Source: an uncultured Pseudomonadales bacterium (GTDB lineage Bacteria; Pseudomonadota; Gammaproteobacteria; Pseudomonadales; JADFDG01). Taken from it: 64,000 bases of DNA. Location of the stretch: contig CAZNPF010000007.1 of assembly GCA_964574995.1 (NCBI GenBank), positions 3,689 through 67,688 of the forward strand, written 5' to 3'. Both the position numbers and the translations under genes were made by a program. Position 1 is the first letter of the stretch, and every line of letters begins with the position of its first letter. The notes below the pieces were generated by a model. The model searched no databases. It was not told the DNA's origin and saw only the letters and a program-made list of their open reading frames with translations. Below, piece after piece: positions 42,055 to 51,715 of the stretch.

Positions 42055-42305
42055 GTAGAAACACTCTCCTTGATCAAGGGAAAAACGCTACAGGAAGTTC
42101 ATCTTCGCAGCACACCGTAACGGTGAAACCGCGTAACGATGGATCCCTGGGAGGCACCGCGAATATTCGATTTCAGTGCCTGCCGAGCCGGACGATAATC
42201 CAAAAATCCGCGTTTTGCACCGTGTTGACGCAAAATAAACGCTGGTTTTGCACAAAAAACGAGCACGCAAAATCAGGCGTCTAGGCTAGGCGTCAGCGGC
42301 AAGAA

Positions 42306-43622
42306 TCAGCCTAAAAGCCCGGTAAAAGGCAGGAATTCCAATAAATCACCTGCGGCCACCGTGCGGTTTGCCGGCACCCGCACCAACCCTTCCGACCACG
42401 CCACCGACGTCAGCACCCCCGAGCCTTGGTGGGGGTGCTTCTCCAGTTGCATGCCTTGCGGGCTCGCCACCACCCGTGCCCGCAGGTATTCCTCGCGGCT
42501 GATGGCTTTTTTCACGGTAAAACCGGCCGGCAGTTGGTAGGCCGGTGATTGCCAGGACGGCTGCCCCTGCATGGCGCGCAAAAAGGGCACGGCCAGCACC
42601 AGAAACGTCACCGCCACCGAGACCGGGTTACCCGGTAAACCCAGCATCGGCACCGTGGCATGCTCCTTCTGCGTGGCATTCGCCGCATTCGCCGTTGGCG
42701 TGGCATTCGCCGTATTCGCGCTTTGCGCGGTGTGTAACTGCCCGAACAGCACCGGCTTGCCGGGCTTGATGGCCACTTTCCACAGATCGACGCGGCCGCA
42801 TTCCATCATCGCCGCTTTCAAATGATCTTCCTCGCCCACCGACGCACCGCCGGTGGTGATCACGAGATCGGCTTGTGCCGCCGCCGCACACAAAGCCGCG
42901 ACGGTGGCCGCACGATCATCGCGCACCACGCCCATGTCGATAGCGTGGCAACCCAACTGTTCGAGATAGGCACGTAGCGCGTAACGGTTCGAGTTGTAAA
43001 TGCGGCCCGGTTGCGGCGCTTCACCCGGCTCCAGCAATTCATCGCCAGTAGAAAAAAACGCCACGCGCAAACGCGGATACACCGGCACATCGGCGTGGCC
43101 CGCAGCGGCCAGCACGCCCAACTGCGGCGGCCCCAACCGTGTGCCTGCCGGCAACACGGCACTGCCGGCTTGCATGTCTTCGCCCCGGCGACGGATGTGC
43201 ACGCCGGGTTTCAGGGTCGCAAGGGCATCCGGCCGCACCTGCAGCACGCCATTTTTTTCTTCCGTGTCTTCCTGCATCACCACGCAATCGGCCTGTGCAG
43301 GCACATCCGCACCGGTAAAAATTCGCGCGGCGGTTTTTGCGGTCAACGGCTGCGGTACGGTGCCCGCCGGAATGCGCTGACTCACCGGCAGCGCGCCGTT
43401 TGCCGCGCGCAAATCATCGAGCCGGAAGGCATAGCCATCCATGGCGGCATTGTCGGCCGGTGGCACATCGACGCGCGCCTGCTGCGCCATGGCCAATACG
43501 CGATTCAGTGCTTCCGTGAGCGATACGGTTTCTGTCGCCGTGGGTAACACCGCTGCACGCCGCAGACGCTCCTGCATCTCGGCAACGCTGAGCAGCCCAG
43601 GCGTGTTGCAGCAATCAGCCAC
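42306..43622 (-). CDS. moeA: Molybdopterin molybdotransferase MoeA
   Basis: AAMDGYA, IFTGA, STGDEL, TTGGASVG, IKPGKP, GLPGNP, QGSG; GTG start inferred overlapping moaB stop. Confidence 0.95.
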   Translation of the reverse strand: MADCCNTPGLLSVAEMQERLRRAAVLPTATETVSLTEALNRVLAMAQQARVDVPPADNAAMDGYAFRLDDLRAANGALPVSQRIPAGTVPQPLTAKTAARIFTGADVPAQADCVVMQEDTEEKNGVLQVRPDALATLKPGVHIRRRGEDMQAGSAVLPAGTRLGPPQLGVLAAAGHADVPVYPRLRVAFFSTGDELLEPGEAPQPGRIYNSNRYALRAYLEQLGCHAIDMGVVRDDRAATVAALCAAAAQADLVITTGGASVGEEDHLKAAMMECGRVDLWKVAIKPGKPVLFGQLHTAQSANTANATPTANAANATQKEHATVPMLGLPGNPVSVAVTFLVLAVPFLRAMQGQPSWQSPAYQLPAGFTVKKAISREEYLRARVVASPQGMQLEKHPHQGSGVLTSVAWSEGLVRVPANRTVAAGDLLEFLPFTGLLG

Positions 43623-44154
43623 GTGGTGCGCAGCCGGGTTTATGCAGCAGATGCCCCACGAAATTGCACGGCCCGCAGCAGGCATCGAGTTGATCGCGAA
43701 TGATTTTTTCCCAGCCGGTACGGCAGGCATTGGTGGAACCCGGCAAACAAAAAATCACGGTGTTGTTCGCCAAACCGCCAAGCGCGCGCGATTGAATCGT
43801 CGACGTGCCGATTTCCGCATGGGAAATCTGGCGGAACAATTCGCCAAACCCTTCGATGACTTTGTCGAGCAGCGGCGTTACGGCTTCTGGTGTTGAATCG
43901 CGCCCGGAAAACCCGGTGCCGCCCGTCACCAGTATCGCGTTGACCGCACCGTCCGCGATCCAGCGCGACAGCACCGCACGAATCGCATAGATATCGTCTT
44001 TCACGATCTGGCGTTCATGCAGGCCGTGGCCGCTGGCGGCGAGTTGCGCGGCCAAAAAAGCGCCGGAGGTATCGGTTTCTTTTGTGCGGGTATCAGACAC
44101 CGTCAATACCGCAATGGACAGTGCAACAAACTCTTGGGCGGCGGGCATGCTCAA
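43615..44154 (-). CDS. moaB: Molybdenum cofactor biosynthesis protein MoaB
   Basis: [42 protein letters not shown]. Confidence 0.95.
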   Translation of the reverse strand: MSMPAAQEFVALSIAVLTVSDTRTKETDTSGAFLAAQLAASGHGLHERQIVKDDIYAIRAVLSRWIADGAVNAILVTGGTGFSGRDSTPEAVTPLLDKVIEGFGELFRQISHAEIGTSTIQSRALGGLANNTVIFCLPGSTNACRTGWEKIIRDQLDACCGPCNFVGHLLHKPGCAPRG

Positions 44155-45155
44155 CCTCCACTCATGTTCATGAAACGCACGATTTGCGGTTCATCGTTCA
44201 AATTGAAATGGTGCTTTTCCGGCTTGAGATCCATCCCCGCCATGATAGCCGCCTGCAATTTCGCTGCGTCATCCGGAAACTCACGCAGCACCTGACGCAG
44301 ATCAAGCGAATGCTCGTTGCCCAGGCACAGCAGCAAACGGCCTTCGGCGGTCACCCGCACCCGGTTACACAGGTGGCAGAAGTTGTGGCTGTGCGGCGAG
44401 ATGAAGCCCACACGGGTTTCGCTATCGGCCATGCGCCAGTTTTGCGACGGGCCGGCCGCTACGCGTGCTTCTTGCGTGGGTACCGGTGTGAGCGGCCAGC
44501 GCGCGTTGATGACATCACGAATGTCATCGGAAGACATAAACGACAGCGCCCGGTTGTGCTCATCGATCAAGCCCAGCGGCATTTCTTCAATGAAGGTAAT
44601 GTGCAATGCGTGCGTGCGGGCAAAATCCACGAGATCAAGAATCTCATCGTCATTGCGCCCACGCAGGATGACGCTGTTGAGTTTGGTGTGGGTAAAGCCG
44701 GCTTCGCGGGCGGCCTCGATGCCGGCCAATACATCCGCGAGATTGCCGGTGCGCGTCAAGGCATGAAATCGATCTGCGTGCAGGCTATCCAAACTGATAT
44801 TCAAACGCGCTAAGCCGGCGCGTTTCAGGGCCGGTGCCAATTTAGGTAACTGCGAGCCGTTGGTGGTCAACACCAGTTCATCCAATCCCGGCAACGCTGC
44901 CATCTGTTCTACCAGCCAGACGATGTCTTTGCGTACCAGCGGCTCGCCACCGGTCAGCCGAATTTTGCGTACGCCCAACGCAACAAACGCACGACCCACC
45001 GCCAGCAATTCTTCCAGCGTCAGCACTTGGCTGCGCGGGACGAACGTCATCTCTTCCGCCATGCAATACACGCAACGGAAATCACAACGATCCGTGACCG
45101 ATAGCCGCAGATAATCCACCTGCCGGCCAAAGCGATCCACCAAATGGGTGCTCAT
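44151..45155 (-). CDS. moaA: GTP 3',8-cyclase MoaA (radical SAM)
   Basis: [31 protein letters not shown]...LCL, C-terminal GG. Confidence 0.97.
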   Translation of the reverse strand: MSTHLVDRFGRQVDYLRLSVTDRCDFRCVYCMAEEMTFVPRSQVLTLEELLAVGRAFVALGVRKIRLTGGEPLVRKDIVWLVEQMAALPGLDELVLTTNGSQLPKLAPALKRAGLARLNISLDSLHADRFHALTRTGNLADVLAGIEAAREAGFTHTKLNSVILRGRNDDEILDLVDFARTHALHITFIEEMPLGLIDEHNRALSFMSSDDIRDVINARWPLTPVPTQEARVAAGPSQNWRMADSETRVGFISPHSHNFCHLCNRVRVTAEGRLLLCLGNEHSLDLRQVLREFPDDAAKLQAAIMAGMDLKPEKHHFNLNDEPQIVRFMNMSGG

Positions 45156-46108
45156 GGCTCACCCGTGTGTGTACGCACAACGCCTTGCGTATTGGTCGAT
45201 GCGATTGAACCGGCGGCGACGCCCGCTACATTTTTTATCTGTTCTCTTTGTTTTCTTTGTTCTTTTTGTTCTTTTTGCGCGGTTTTCACGCGTTTTTTGG
45301 CTTCGTTCCACGCCGCGTCCAGCGTGGCCGCACCCGTTTCGCCGAGGATATTGCCGCGTTCGCTCAGCACCTGCTCCATCACCCGGAAGCGTGTTTCAAA
45401 CTTGATGGCGGCATCGCGCGCCAAGGATTCGGCATCAAAGCCTTCTTTGCGCGACAGATTCACCAGCGTAAACAACAGGTCGCCGATTTCTTCTGCCACA
45501 TGCGCACGGTCACCGCTGCGCAAGGCATCTGCCAGCTCCAGCGTTTCTTCACGCACTTTGTCGATCACGCCGGCACTGTCCGGCCAATCAAAACCGACTC
45601 GCGCTGCTTTCTTTTGTAATTTTTGTGCGCGCACCAACGCCGGGAACCCGGCGGGAACGCCATCGACCACGCTGGCCACGCTCTCGCCGGCCGCCATTTT
45701 CTCGGCTTTCTTAGTGGTTTCCCAATTACCTTTGATGTCTTCCATGCGGTGAGCATCACGCGCACGACGCTCACCATCGACTCGGCCGTCGGGAAACACA
45801 TGCGGATGCCGGCGAAGCATTTTTTCTACCAAGCCATGTATCACGTCATCGACAGCGAACAAATTTTTCTCGTTCGCCATTTGCGAATGAAAAATCACTT
45901 GGAACAACAAATCACCCAGCTCGCCACGCAGGCCGTTCATGTCACCACGAGAAATCGCATCGGCCACTTCATGCGCCTCTTCCACCGTGTACGGCGCGAT
46001 GCTGGAAAAATCTTGCTCCAGATCCCACGGGCAGCCATATACCGGGTCTCGCAGCCGCGCCATCAGTGCGGTCAGATCGACGAGCGTATAGCGGGCTGGC
46101 GTGCTCAT
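45152..46108 (-). CDS. mazG: Nucleoside triphosphate pyrophosphohydrolase MazG with C-terminal extension
   Basis: [41 protein letters not shown]. Confidence 0.95.
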   Translation of the reverse strand: MSTPARYTLVDLTALMARLRDPVYGCPWDLEQDFSSIAPYTVEEAHEVADAISRGDMNGLRGELGDLLFQVIFHSQMANEKNLFAVDDVIHGLVEKMLRRHPHVFPDGRVDGERRARDAHRMEDIKGNWETTKKAEKMAAGESVASVVDGVPAGFPALVRAQKLQKKAARVGFDWPDSAGVIDKVREETLELADALRSGDRAHVAEEIGDLLFTLVNLSRKEGFDAESLARDAAIKFETRFRVMEQVLSERGNILGETGAATLDAAWNEAKKRVKTAQKEQKEQRKQREQIKNVAGVAAGSIASTNTQGVVRTHTGEP

Positions 46109-46115
46109 GAGGGGG

Positions 46116-48350
46116 TCACTTTTTGTATCGCTGCACTTCGAGAACGCTGGGTAACTGCTCGATACGTGCCAATAATTTTCCCAGCATATCCAACGTGCTG
46201 ATTTCGATGGTGAACAACATGGTGGCCGTGTTGTCGTTGCGGCTGGATTGAGTGTGCGCTGCCGTAATATTTACCTTTTCTGCGGCCAGCAAGAACATGA
46301 TGTCGCGCAATAAACCGGTGCGATCCCATGCCTTGACAAAAATATCCACCGGATAAGCCACATCCTCGGCCATGCCCCAGCTCACTTCGACGATGCGTGC
46401 CGGATCATTGCGCTGCATATGTTGCAGGTTTTCACAATCCATACGATGCACGGTAACGCCACGGCCAACGCTGACATAGCCCAGAATGGCATCGCCCGGC
46501 ACCGGCTGACAGCAACCGGCCATGTGCGTCATCAGGTTGTCCACGCCTTCGACCAGTACGCCGTGCCCGTCGCGAGTCGCCGTTGCCGCACGTGGCAACA
46601 ATTCTTGTTGTTCGCCTTGTGTGCGCTCAGCGCGTGCATCGTGCAGTTGCTGCACGACTTGCGACATTTTCAGATCACCCGCGCCCAACAACGCATACAT
46701 ATCATCGGGTTGCTTCTGCCCAAGCCGCGCCGCCAATTCACGATGATTCACATCATCCAGCGCCAAGCGACGGAGCTCGCGCTCTAGCATTTCGCGGCCA
46801 CCCGCGACGTTTTCATCGCGGTCACGCAAACGGAACCAGTGCTGAATTTTTGCGCGCGCACTGGATGTTTTGATGAAACCCAACGCCGGGTTCAGCCAGT
46901 CGCGGCTCGGGCCGCCTTCTTTGACGGTGATGATTTCCACTTGCTCGCCGGTGTGCAGCTCGGTGTTCAGTGACACGATGCGGCCATTGATCTTGGCCCC
47001 ACGGCAACGATGGCCCACTTCGGTGTGCACGCTGTAGGCAAAATCCACGGGCGTTGCGCCAGCCGCCAGATCCACGACGTGACCGTCCGGCGTGAACACG
47101 TACACACGATCCAGCCCGACTTCCTGACGCAACACATCGGCAATGCCGGCTTCGCCCAACTGATCGTGCCACTCGAGCACCTGCCGCAACCACGCGATGC
47201 GATGCTCGTAACCCGACACCTTGGCGTTACGACCGCCTTCTTTGTAGCGCCAGTGCGCGGCGATGCCGAGCTCGGCGGCTTCGTGCATCGCCACCGTGCG
47301 GATCTGCACTTCCAACACTTTGCGCTCCGGACCAATCACCGCCGTGTGCAATGACTGATAGCCATTCGGCTTCGGTGTGGCGATGTAATCGTCGAACTCA
47401 CGCGGTACGTGTTGCCACAGCGAATGCACGATACCCAGCACGGCGTAACAATCGCGGATCTCCGGCACGAGGATGCGCACGGCACGGACGTCGTACACCT
47501 CATAGAAGTCGATCTGCTTCTTCTGCATTTTTCGCCAAATGCTATAGATGTGTTTGGCGCGGCCAAACACTTCGCCCTGAATGCCGGCACGCTCCAGTTG
47601 CCGCTTCAGCTCATCCACCACATTGACGATGTATTGCTCGCGTGCGCCGCGTTTTTCATCCAGCAAGGTCGCAATTTTTTTGTACGCGCCAGGCTGAAGA
47701 TAACGGAACGCCAGATCTTCCAGCTCCCACTTGATATGGCCGATACCCAAACGATGGGCCAGCGGCGCGTAGATATCGAACACTTCACGGGCGACTTTGC
47801 GCTGACGTTCCTCGTCGGCATCTTTGACGCTACGAATGACGCACGTGCGCTCAGCCAGTTTGATCAGCGCGACGCGCACGTCGTCGATCATCGCCACCAG
47901 CATTTTGCGGAGATTGTCGAGCTGGCCTTGTTGTTGGCCAAGCACTGACTTGCGGGTGGGATTGCTCAATGCACCAATCGCTGCCATGCGCAGCACGCCT
48001 TCAATCAGCCGCGCGACTTCTTCACCAAATTCTTCCGCGACGTGTCGCAACGGCATCCGGCCTTCGCGCACCGTCCGGTAAAGCACGGCGGCCACCAGCG
48101 TGTCTTGATCCGCGCGCAACGTGGCGAGGATCTGGGCCATCTCCAAACCTGTGCGGTAGGAGCCCAATCCACTGCCCCACACTTCGTCGGCGGCGATGGC
48201 TTCGCGTTCGCCCTGTTCGGCCACCAAACAGGCGCGGCGTAACTCGGCGTGATCGAATCGCTCGGTCTGGGCCTGAATGGATTCCAGCCAACGATCGAGA
48301 TCGACCGTGCCATCGTCACGGATCGGGTGGTCAGCGCGAACTTTGACCAT
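46116..48350 (-). CDS. relA: GTP pyrophosphokinase RelA
   Basis: Degenerate HD (LYR), RAKHIYSIWRKM, EFDD, GYQSLH, TGS and ACT domains. Confidence 0.97.
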   Translation of the reverse strand: MVKVRADHPIRDDGTVDLDRWLESIQAQTERFDHAELRRACLVAEQGEREAIAADEVWGSGLGSYRTGLEMAQILATLRADQDTLVAAVLYRTVREGRMPLRHVAEEFGEEVARLIEGVLRMAAIGALSNPTRKSVLGQQQGQLDNLRKMLVAMIDDVRVALIKLAERTCVIRSVKDADEERQRKVAREVFDIYAPLAHRLGIGHIKWELEDLAFRYLQPGAYKKIATLLDEKRGAREQYIVNVVDELKRQLERAGIQGEVFGRAKHIYSIWRKMQKKQIDFYEVYDVRAVRILVPEIRDCYAVLGIVHSLWQHVPREFDDYIATPKPNGYQSLHTAVIGPERKVLEVQIRTVAMHEAAELGIAAHWRYKEGGRNAKVSGYEHRIAWLRQVLEWHDQLGEAGIADVLRQEVGLDRVYVFTPDGHVVDLAAGATPVDFAYSVHTEVGHRCRGAKINGRIVSLNTELHTGEQVEIITVKEGGPSRDWLNPALGFIKTSSARAKIQHWFRLRDRDENVAGGREMLERELRRLALDDVNHRELAARLGQKQPDDMYALLGAGDLKMSQVVQQLHDARAERTQGEQQELLPRAATATRDGHGVLVEGVDNLMTHMAGCCQPVPGDAILGYVSVGRGVTVHRMDCENLQHMQRNDPARIVEVSWGMAEDVAYPVDIFVKAWDRTGLLRDIMFLLAAEKVNITAAHTQSSRNDNTATMLFTIEISTLDMLGKLLARIEQLPSVLEVQRYKK

Positions 48351-48394
48351 GGCGGAAGAAACCGGAAAGAAACGGGGACGACGCTGATTTTAAG

Positions 48395-49789
48395 TCAGCG
48401 GCGACGAAACAGGGCGATCGACTCGACGTGCGTGGTGTGAGGGAACATGTCCATCACGCCGGCCTTTTCCAGCGTGTAGCCCGCGTCGACGAGGATGCGA
48501 GCGTCCCGAGCCAGCGTCGCCGGGTTGCAGGAGACATAGACCAACGGTCCGGCACAAAAGCGCTCGGCCCTCTCAGCCCTCGCAGCAATGAACCGACACA
48601 CCGCCTCCGCGCCACTACGCGGCGGGTCCAGCAGCACCCGGTCGTAACGCTCACGCGCCCACGTACTGCCGGTGAAATCGCCGTCCAGATTCGCGGCAAA
48701 GAAACGGGTATCGCCCAGCGCGACACCACGCGCACGATTGCGTGCGACATTTTCGTTGCCGCGTTCGACCATCGCCTGGCTGCCTTCCACGCCGGTCACA
48801 CGCGCCGCACGTGTTGCGAGCGGCAGCGTGAAATTACCCAGCCCACAAAACAGATCCAGCACCGAGTCTGTGGCTTGTGGGTCTAGCAAGTCCAACGCCA
48901 GCTTGACCATGCTTCGATTGATCGACGGATTTACTTGCGTGAAGTCGTTGGGATGAAAACCCAGCTCCACACCAAAATCATTCAAGCGATAAATCAATCG
49001 CTCCGGCCCCGGTACAGCCGTGGATTCCGATGGTGGAAACGCGCGATACATGCTGGTCTCGCTGCTCGGTTGCAACCAGCACTCAAAACCGCGCTCGCGG
49101 CAAAAGTTTTCCAACAACTGCCGATCGCTTTCCGGCAACGGTAGTAAATGGCGAAACACCAACGCTACCGTATCGTCACCGGCTGCCACTTCCACCTGTG
49201 GCATTTTGTCGCGCATGGCCGGCGTCAACGCCGTCAGCAACGCACGCAATTCATGAATGCGAGTGCCCACTTGTGGCATCAGCACGGCACAGGCATTGAT
49301 ATCCGCCACTTTGGCACCGCGCTTCTCGCGAAAGCCCACCAACACGCCGCCCTTGCCTTCCACGTAACGCACCGCCAAACGCGCCTTACGGCGATAACCG
49401 AGGCGATCACCCACCAGTGGCGGTAGCACCTCGCGCGGCTGCACATTGCCAAAATGCTGCAATTGCTCCAGCAACACGCGCTGCTTGAGCGCCAACTGCG
49501 CTTCCGGGTCCAGATGCTGCAGGCTGCAGCCGCCACACATCGCGGCATGCACGCAAGGCGGCTCGACGCGATCTGCTGCCGGGTTAGCCTCCACACGCAC
49601 CGCAACCGCTTCGTCGAACGTTTTGCGCTGGAACACGTATTTGAACGCCACGGTTTCACCGGGCAGCCCGCCTTCGACAAAAATGGCTTTGCCATCGACG
49701 GCGGCGATACCGCGCCCGTCGTGTGCAAGGCGATGAATCTCAGCGACCACCTCACCGGCAGGCAGGCGGGGCTTCTTGTGTCTGCTCAT
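48395..49789 (-). CDS. rlmD: 23S rRNA m5U1939 methyltransferase
   Basis: TRAM domain, C..CGGC Fe-S motif, FTQVN, DLFCGLGNF, DPPRSG, YVSCNP, HVE. Confidence 0.95.
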   Translation of the reverse strand: MSRHKKPRLPAGEVVAEIHRLAHDGRGIAAVDGKAIFVEGGLPGETVAFKYVFQRKTFDEAVAVRVEANPAADRVEPPCVHAAMCGGCSLQHLDPEAQLALKQRVLLEQLQHFGNVQPREVLPPLVGDRLGYRRKARLAVRYVEGKGGVLVGFREKRGAKVADINACAVLMPQVGTRIHELRALLTALTPAMRDKMPQVEVAAGDDTVALVFRHLLPLPESDRQLLENFCRERGFECWLQPSSETSMYRAFPPSESTAVPGPERLIYRLNDFGVELGFHPNDFTQVNPSINRSMVKLALDLLDPQATDSVLDLFCGLGNFTLPLATRAARVTGVEGSQAMVERGNENVARNRARGVALGDTRFFAANLDGDFTGSTWARERYDRVLLDPPRSGAEAVCRFIAARAERAERFCAGPLVYVSCNPATLARDARILVDAGYTLEKAGVMDMFPHTTHVESIALFRRR

Positions 49790-49822
49790 GAAAGAAAAAC
49801 CAGAAATAAAAAAATCAGGAGA

Positions 49823-50599
49823 TTACGGAAGGGAGTGCCAGCGTTTTTCGAATTCCACCAGATGTGGCAGGCCGCTACTCGCTAAGTATTCGCGTACACG
49901 CAAACATTCGGCGTCATACGCAGCTGGCGTGAGATTGCCGCGCATCAGCTCGAAGCGCAGGTAGACCAAGAACGTGTTGAGCACATCGGTTTCGCAATAG
50001 TTGCGAATACCGCGAATATCGCCCGCCTGAAAAGCCTCGTACACCTTGCTGCCGTGCATACCCATTTTCCCCGGGAAACCCAGCAGCGACGCAATCTGAT
50101 CCAGCGGAACCGTCGCCCGTGCCTGATACATCGACAGCACATCCATGAGATCGGTATGGCGGGGGTGGTAGCGTGAAATGTAATTGTTGTATTTGAACTC
50201 GCGGTCGTTATCGCCCTGCTCCCAATAACGAGCCGCCGTAACGCCATGCAACATGGCGCGGTAATGCAGCACCGGTAAATCAAAACCACCACCGTTCCAG
50301 CTCACGAGCGTCGGCGTGTACTTTTCGATCCCGGCAAAGAAACGCTCGATGAGTTCTTTCTCGCTGCTGTTTTCCTCGCCCAGTGACCACACCTTGAAGG
50401 TGTTGCCCGTGCGCAGTACGGCGGAGATCGCCACAATGCGTTGCAAGTTCAGCCGCAGAAATGTCGTGCCGTTTTCCTGCATACGCAGGTTTTCCAGCGC
50501 GGTGACGGTGTCTTTATCCGACAAGCCTTCCAACCCGTGCACCCGCTGGCCACCAGCAACATCCGGGATGGTTTCGATATCAAACACAAAGACATTCAT
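49823..50599 (-). CDS. Predicted 3'-5' exonuclease (DnaQ/PolB-related DEDD)
   Basis: FDIET, WNGGGFD, YCETD Exo I/II/III motifs. Confidence 0.85.
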   Translation of the reverse strand: MNVFVFDIETIPDVAGGQRVHGLEGLSDKDTVTALENLRMQENGTTFLRLNLQRIVAISAVLRTGNTFKVWSLGEENSSEKELIERFFAGIEKYTPTLVSWNGGGFDLPVLHYRAMLHGVTAARYWEQGDNDREFKYNNYISRYHPRHTDLMDVLSMYQARATVPLDQIASLLGFPGKMGMHGSKVYEAFQAGDIRGIRNYCETDVLNTFLVYLRFELMRGNLTPAAYDAECLRVREYLASSGLPHLVEFEKRWHSLP

Positions 50600-50677
50600 C
50601 GCGGCACCTGCACAGATCAGACACAGATCAGATCGAGAGAATTCAGTAGTTAATCACGCGTAAACGAAGACTGCCGA

Positions 50678-51610
50678 TCAATTCGATGCGAACACGCCCG
50701 TCGACAAATAACGATCGCCACGGTCGCAAATAATCGCGACGACCACCGCATTGCGCAGGTCTGCCGCCACCCGTAAGGCACCCGCGACGGCACCACCAGA
50801 AGACACACCACAGAAAATGCCTTCCTCACGCGCCAATCGCCGCATCATCGCTTCGGCGGCGTCTTGCGACACATCCAGCACCTGATCAACTCGCGAGGCG
50901 TCATAAATCAACGGCAAGTATTCCGGCTGCCAGCGACGAATACCCGGAATCGACGAGCCACCCGCCGGTTGCAGGCCGATCACCTGAATCGCCGGATTTT
51001 TTTCTTTGAGAAATCGCGACACACCCATGATGGTGCCGGTGGTGCCCATGCTGCTGACAAAGTGCGTGACTTCGCCGTGCGTGTCGCGCCAAATTTCCGG
51101 GCCGGTCGTTAGATAGTGCGCGCCGGGATTATCCGGGTTGGCGAACTGATCAAGCACCTTGCCGTGGCCTTCGCGCTCCATTTGCTTGGCAAGATCACGC
51201 GCACCTTCCATACCTTGCTGCGACGTGACGCTGATAATTTCTGCGCCATAAGCACTCATCGCTTGTCGGCGTTCTTCGCTCTGGTTGCTGGGCATGATGA
51301 GCACCATGCGATAACCGCGCATGGCAGCCGCCATGGCCAGCGCAATGCCGGTATTACCGCTGGTGGCTTCGATCAAGGTATCGCCCGGACGAATCTCACC
51401 GCGTTCTTCGGCGCGCAGAATCATGTTCAACGCCGGGCGATCCTTCACCGAACCCGCCGGGTTATTGCCTTCCAGCTTGACCAGAATGCGATTGGACGCA
51501 TGGACGATGCCGGCCGGAATGCGTTGCAAGCGCACCAACGGCGTGTTGCCGACGAACTCGTCGACGGTGCGATCGCCCCCGTGTTTTTGATGCTGGCCGA
51601 TGTCTGTCAT
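50678..51610 (-). CDS. cysM: Cysteine synthase B
   Basis: [45 protein letters not shown]. Confidence 0.95.
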   Translation of the reverse strand: MTDIGQHQKHGGDRTVDEFVGNTPLVRLQRIPAGIVHASNRILVKLEGNNPAGSVKDRPALNMILRAEERGEIRPGDTLIEATSGNTGIALAMAAAMRGYRMVLIMPSNQSEERRQAMSAYGAEIISVTSQQGMEGARDLAKQMEREGHGKVLDQFANPDNPGAHYLTTGPEIWRDTHGEVTHFVSSMGTTGTIMGVSRFLKEKNPAIQVIGLQPAGGSSIPGIRRWQPEYLPLIYDASRVDQVLDVSQDAAEAMMRRLAREEGIFCGVSSGGAVAGALRVAADLRNAVVVAIICDRGDRYLSTGVFASN

Positions 51611-51715
51611 GGGGCCGGGATTCTACCCGGTTGCAGGCCGCTGCCGCGCGGGGGATCATCCGGCGCATCCCTTCCCTGCTGCACCGGAAATACCACCGGA
51701 ACGGTGATCCGAGCG

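Noticed and set aside
42074-42100. GAACTT upstream of the porin as a sigma-E promoter
   Set aside because: -10 position reads CTTGA and the implied start would fall inside the RBS.
41020-42120. 366-aa + strand ORF opposite the porin
   Set aside because: No recognisable motifs; antisense shadow of a codon-biased gene.
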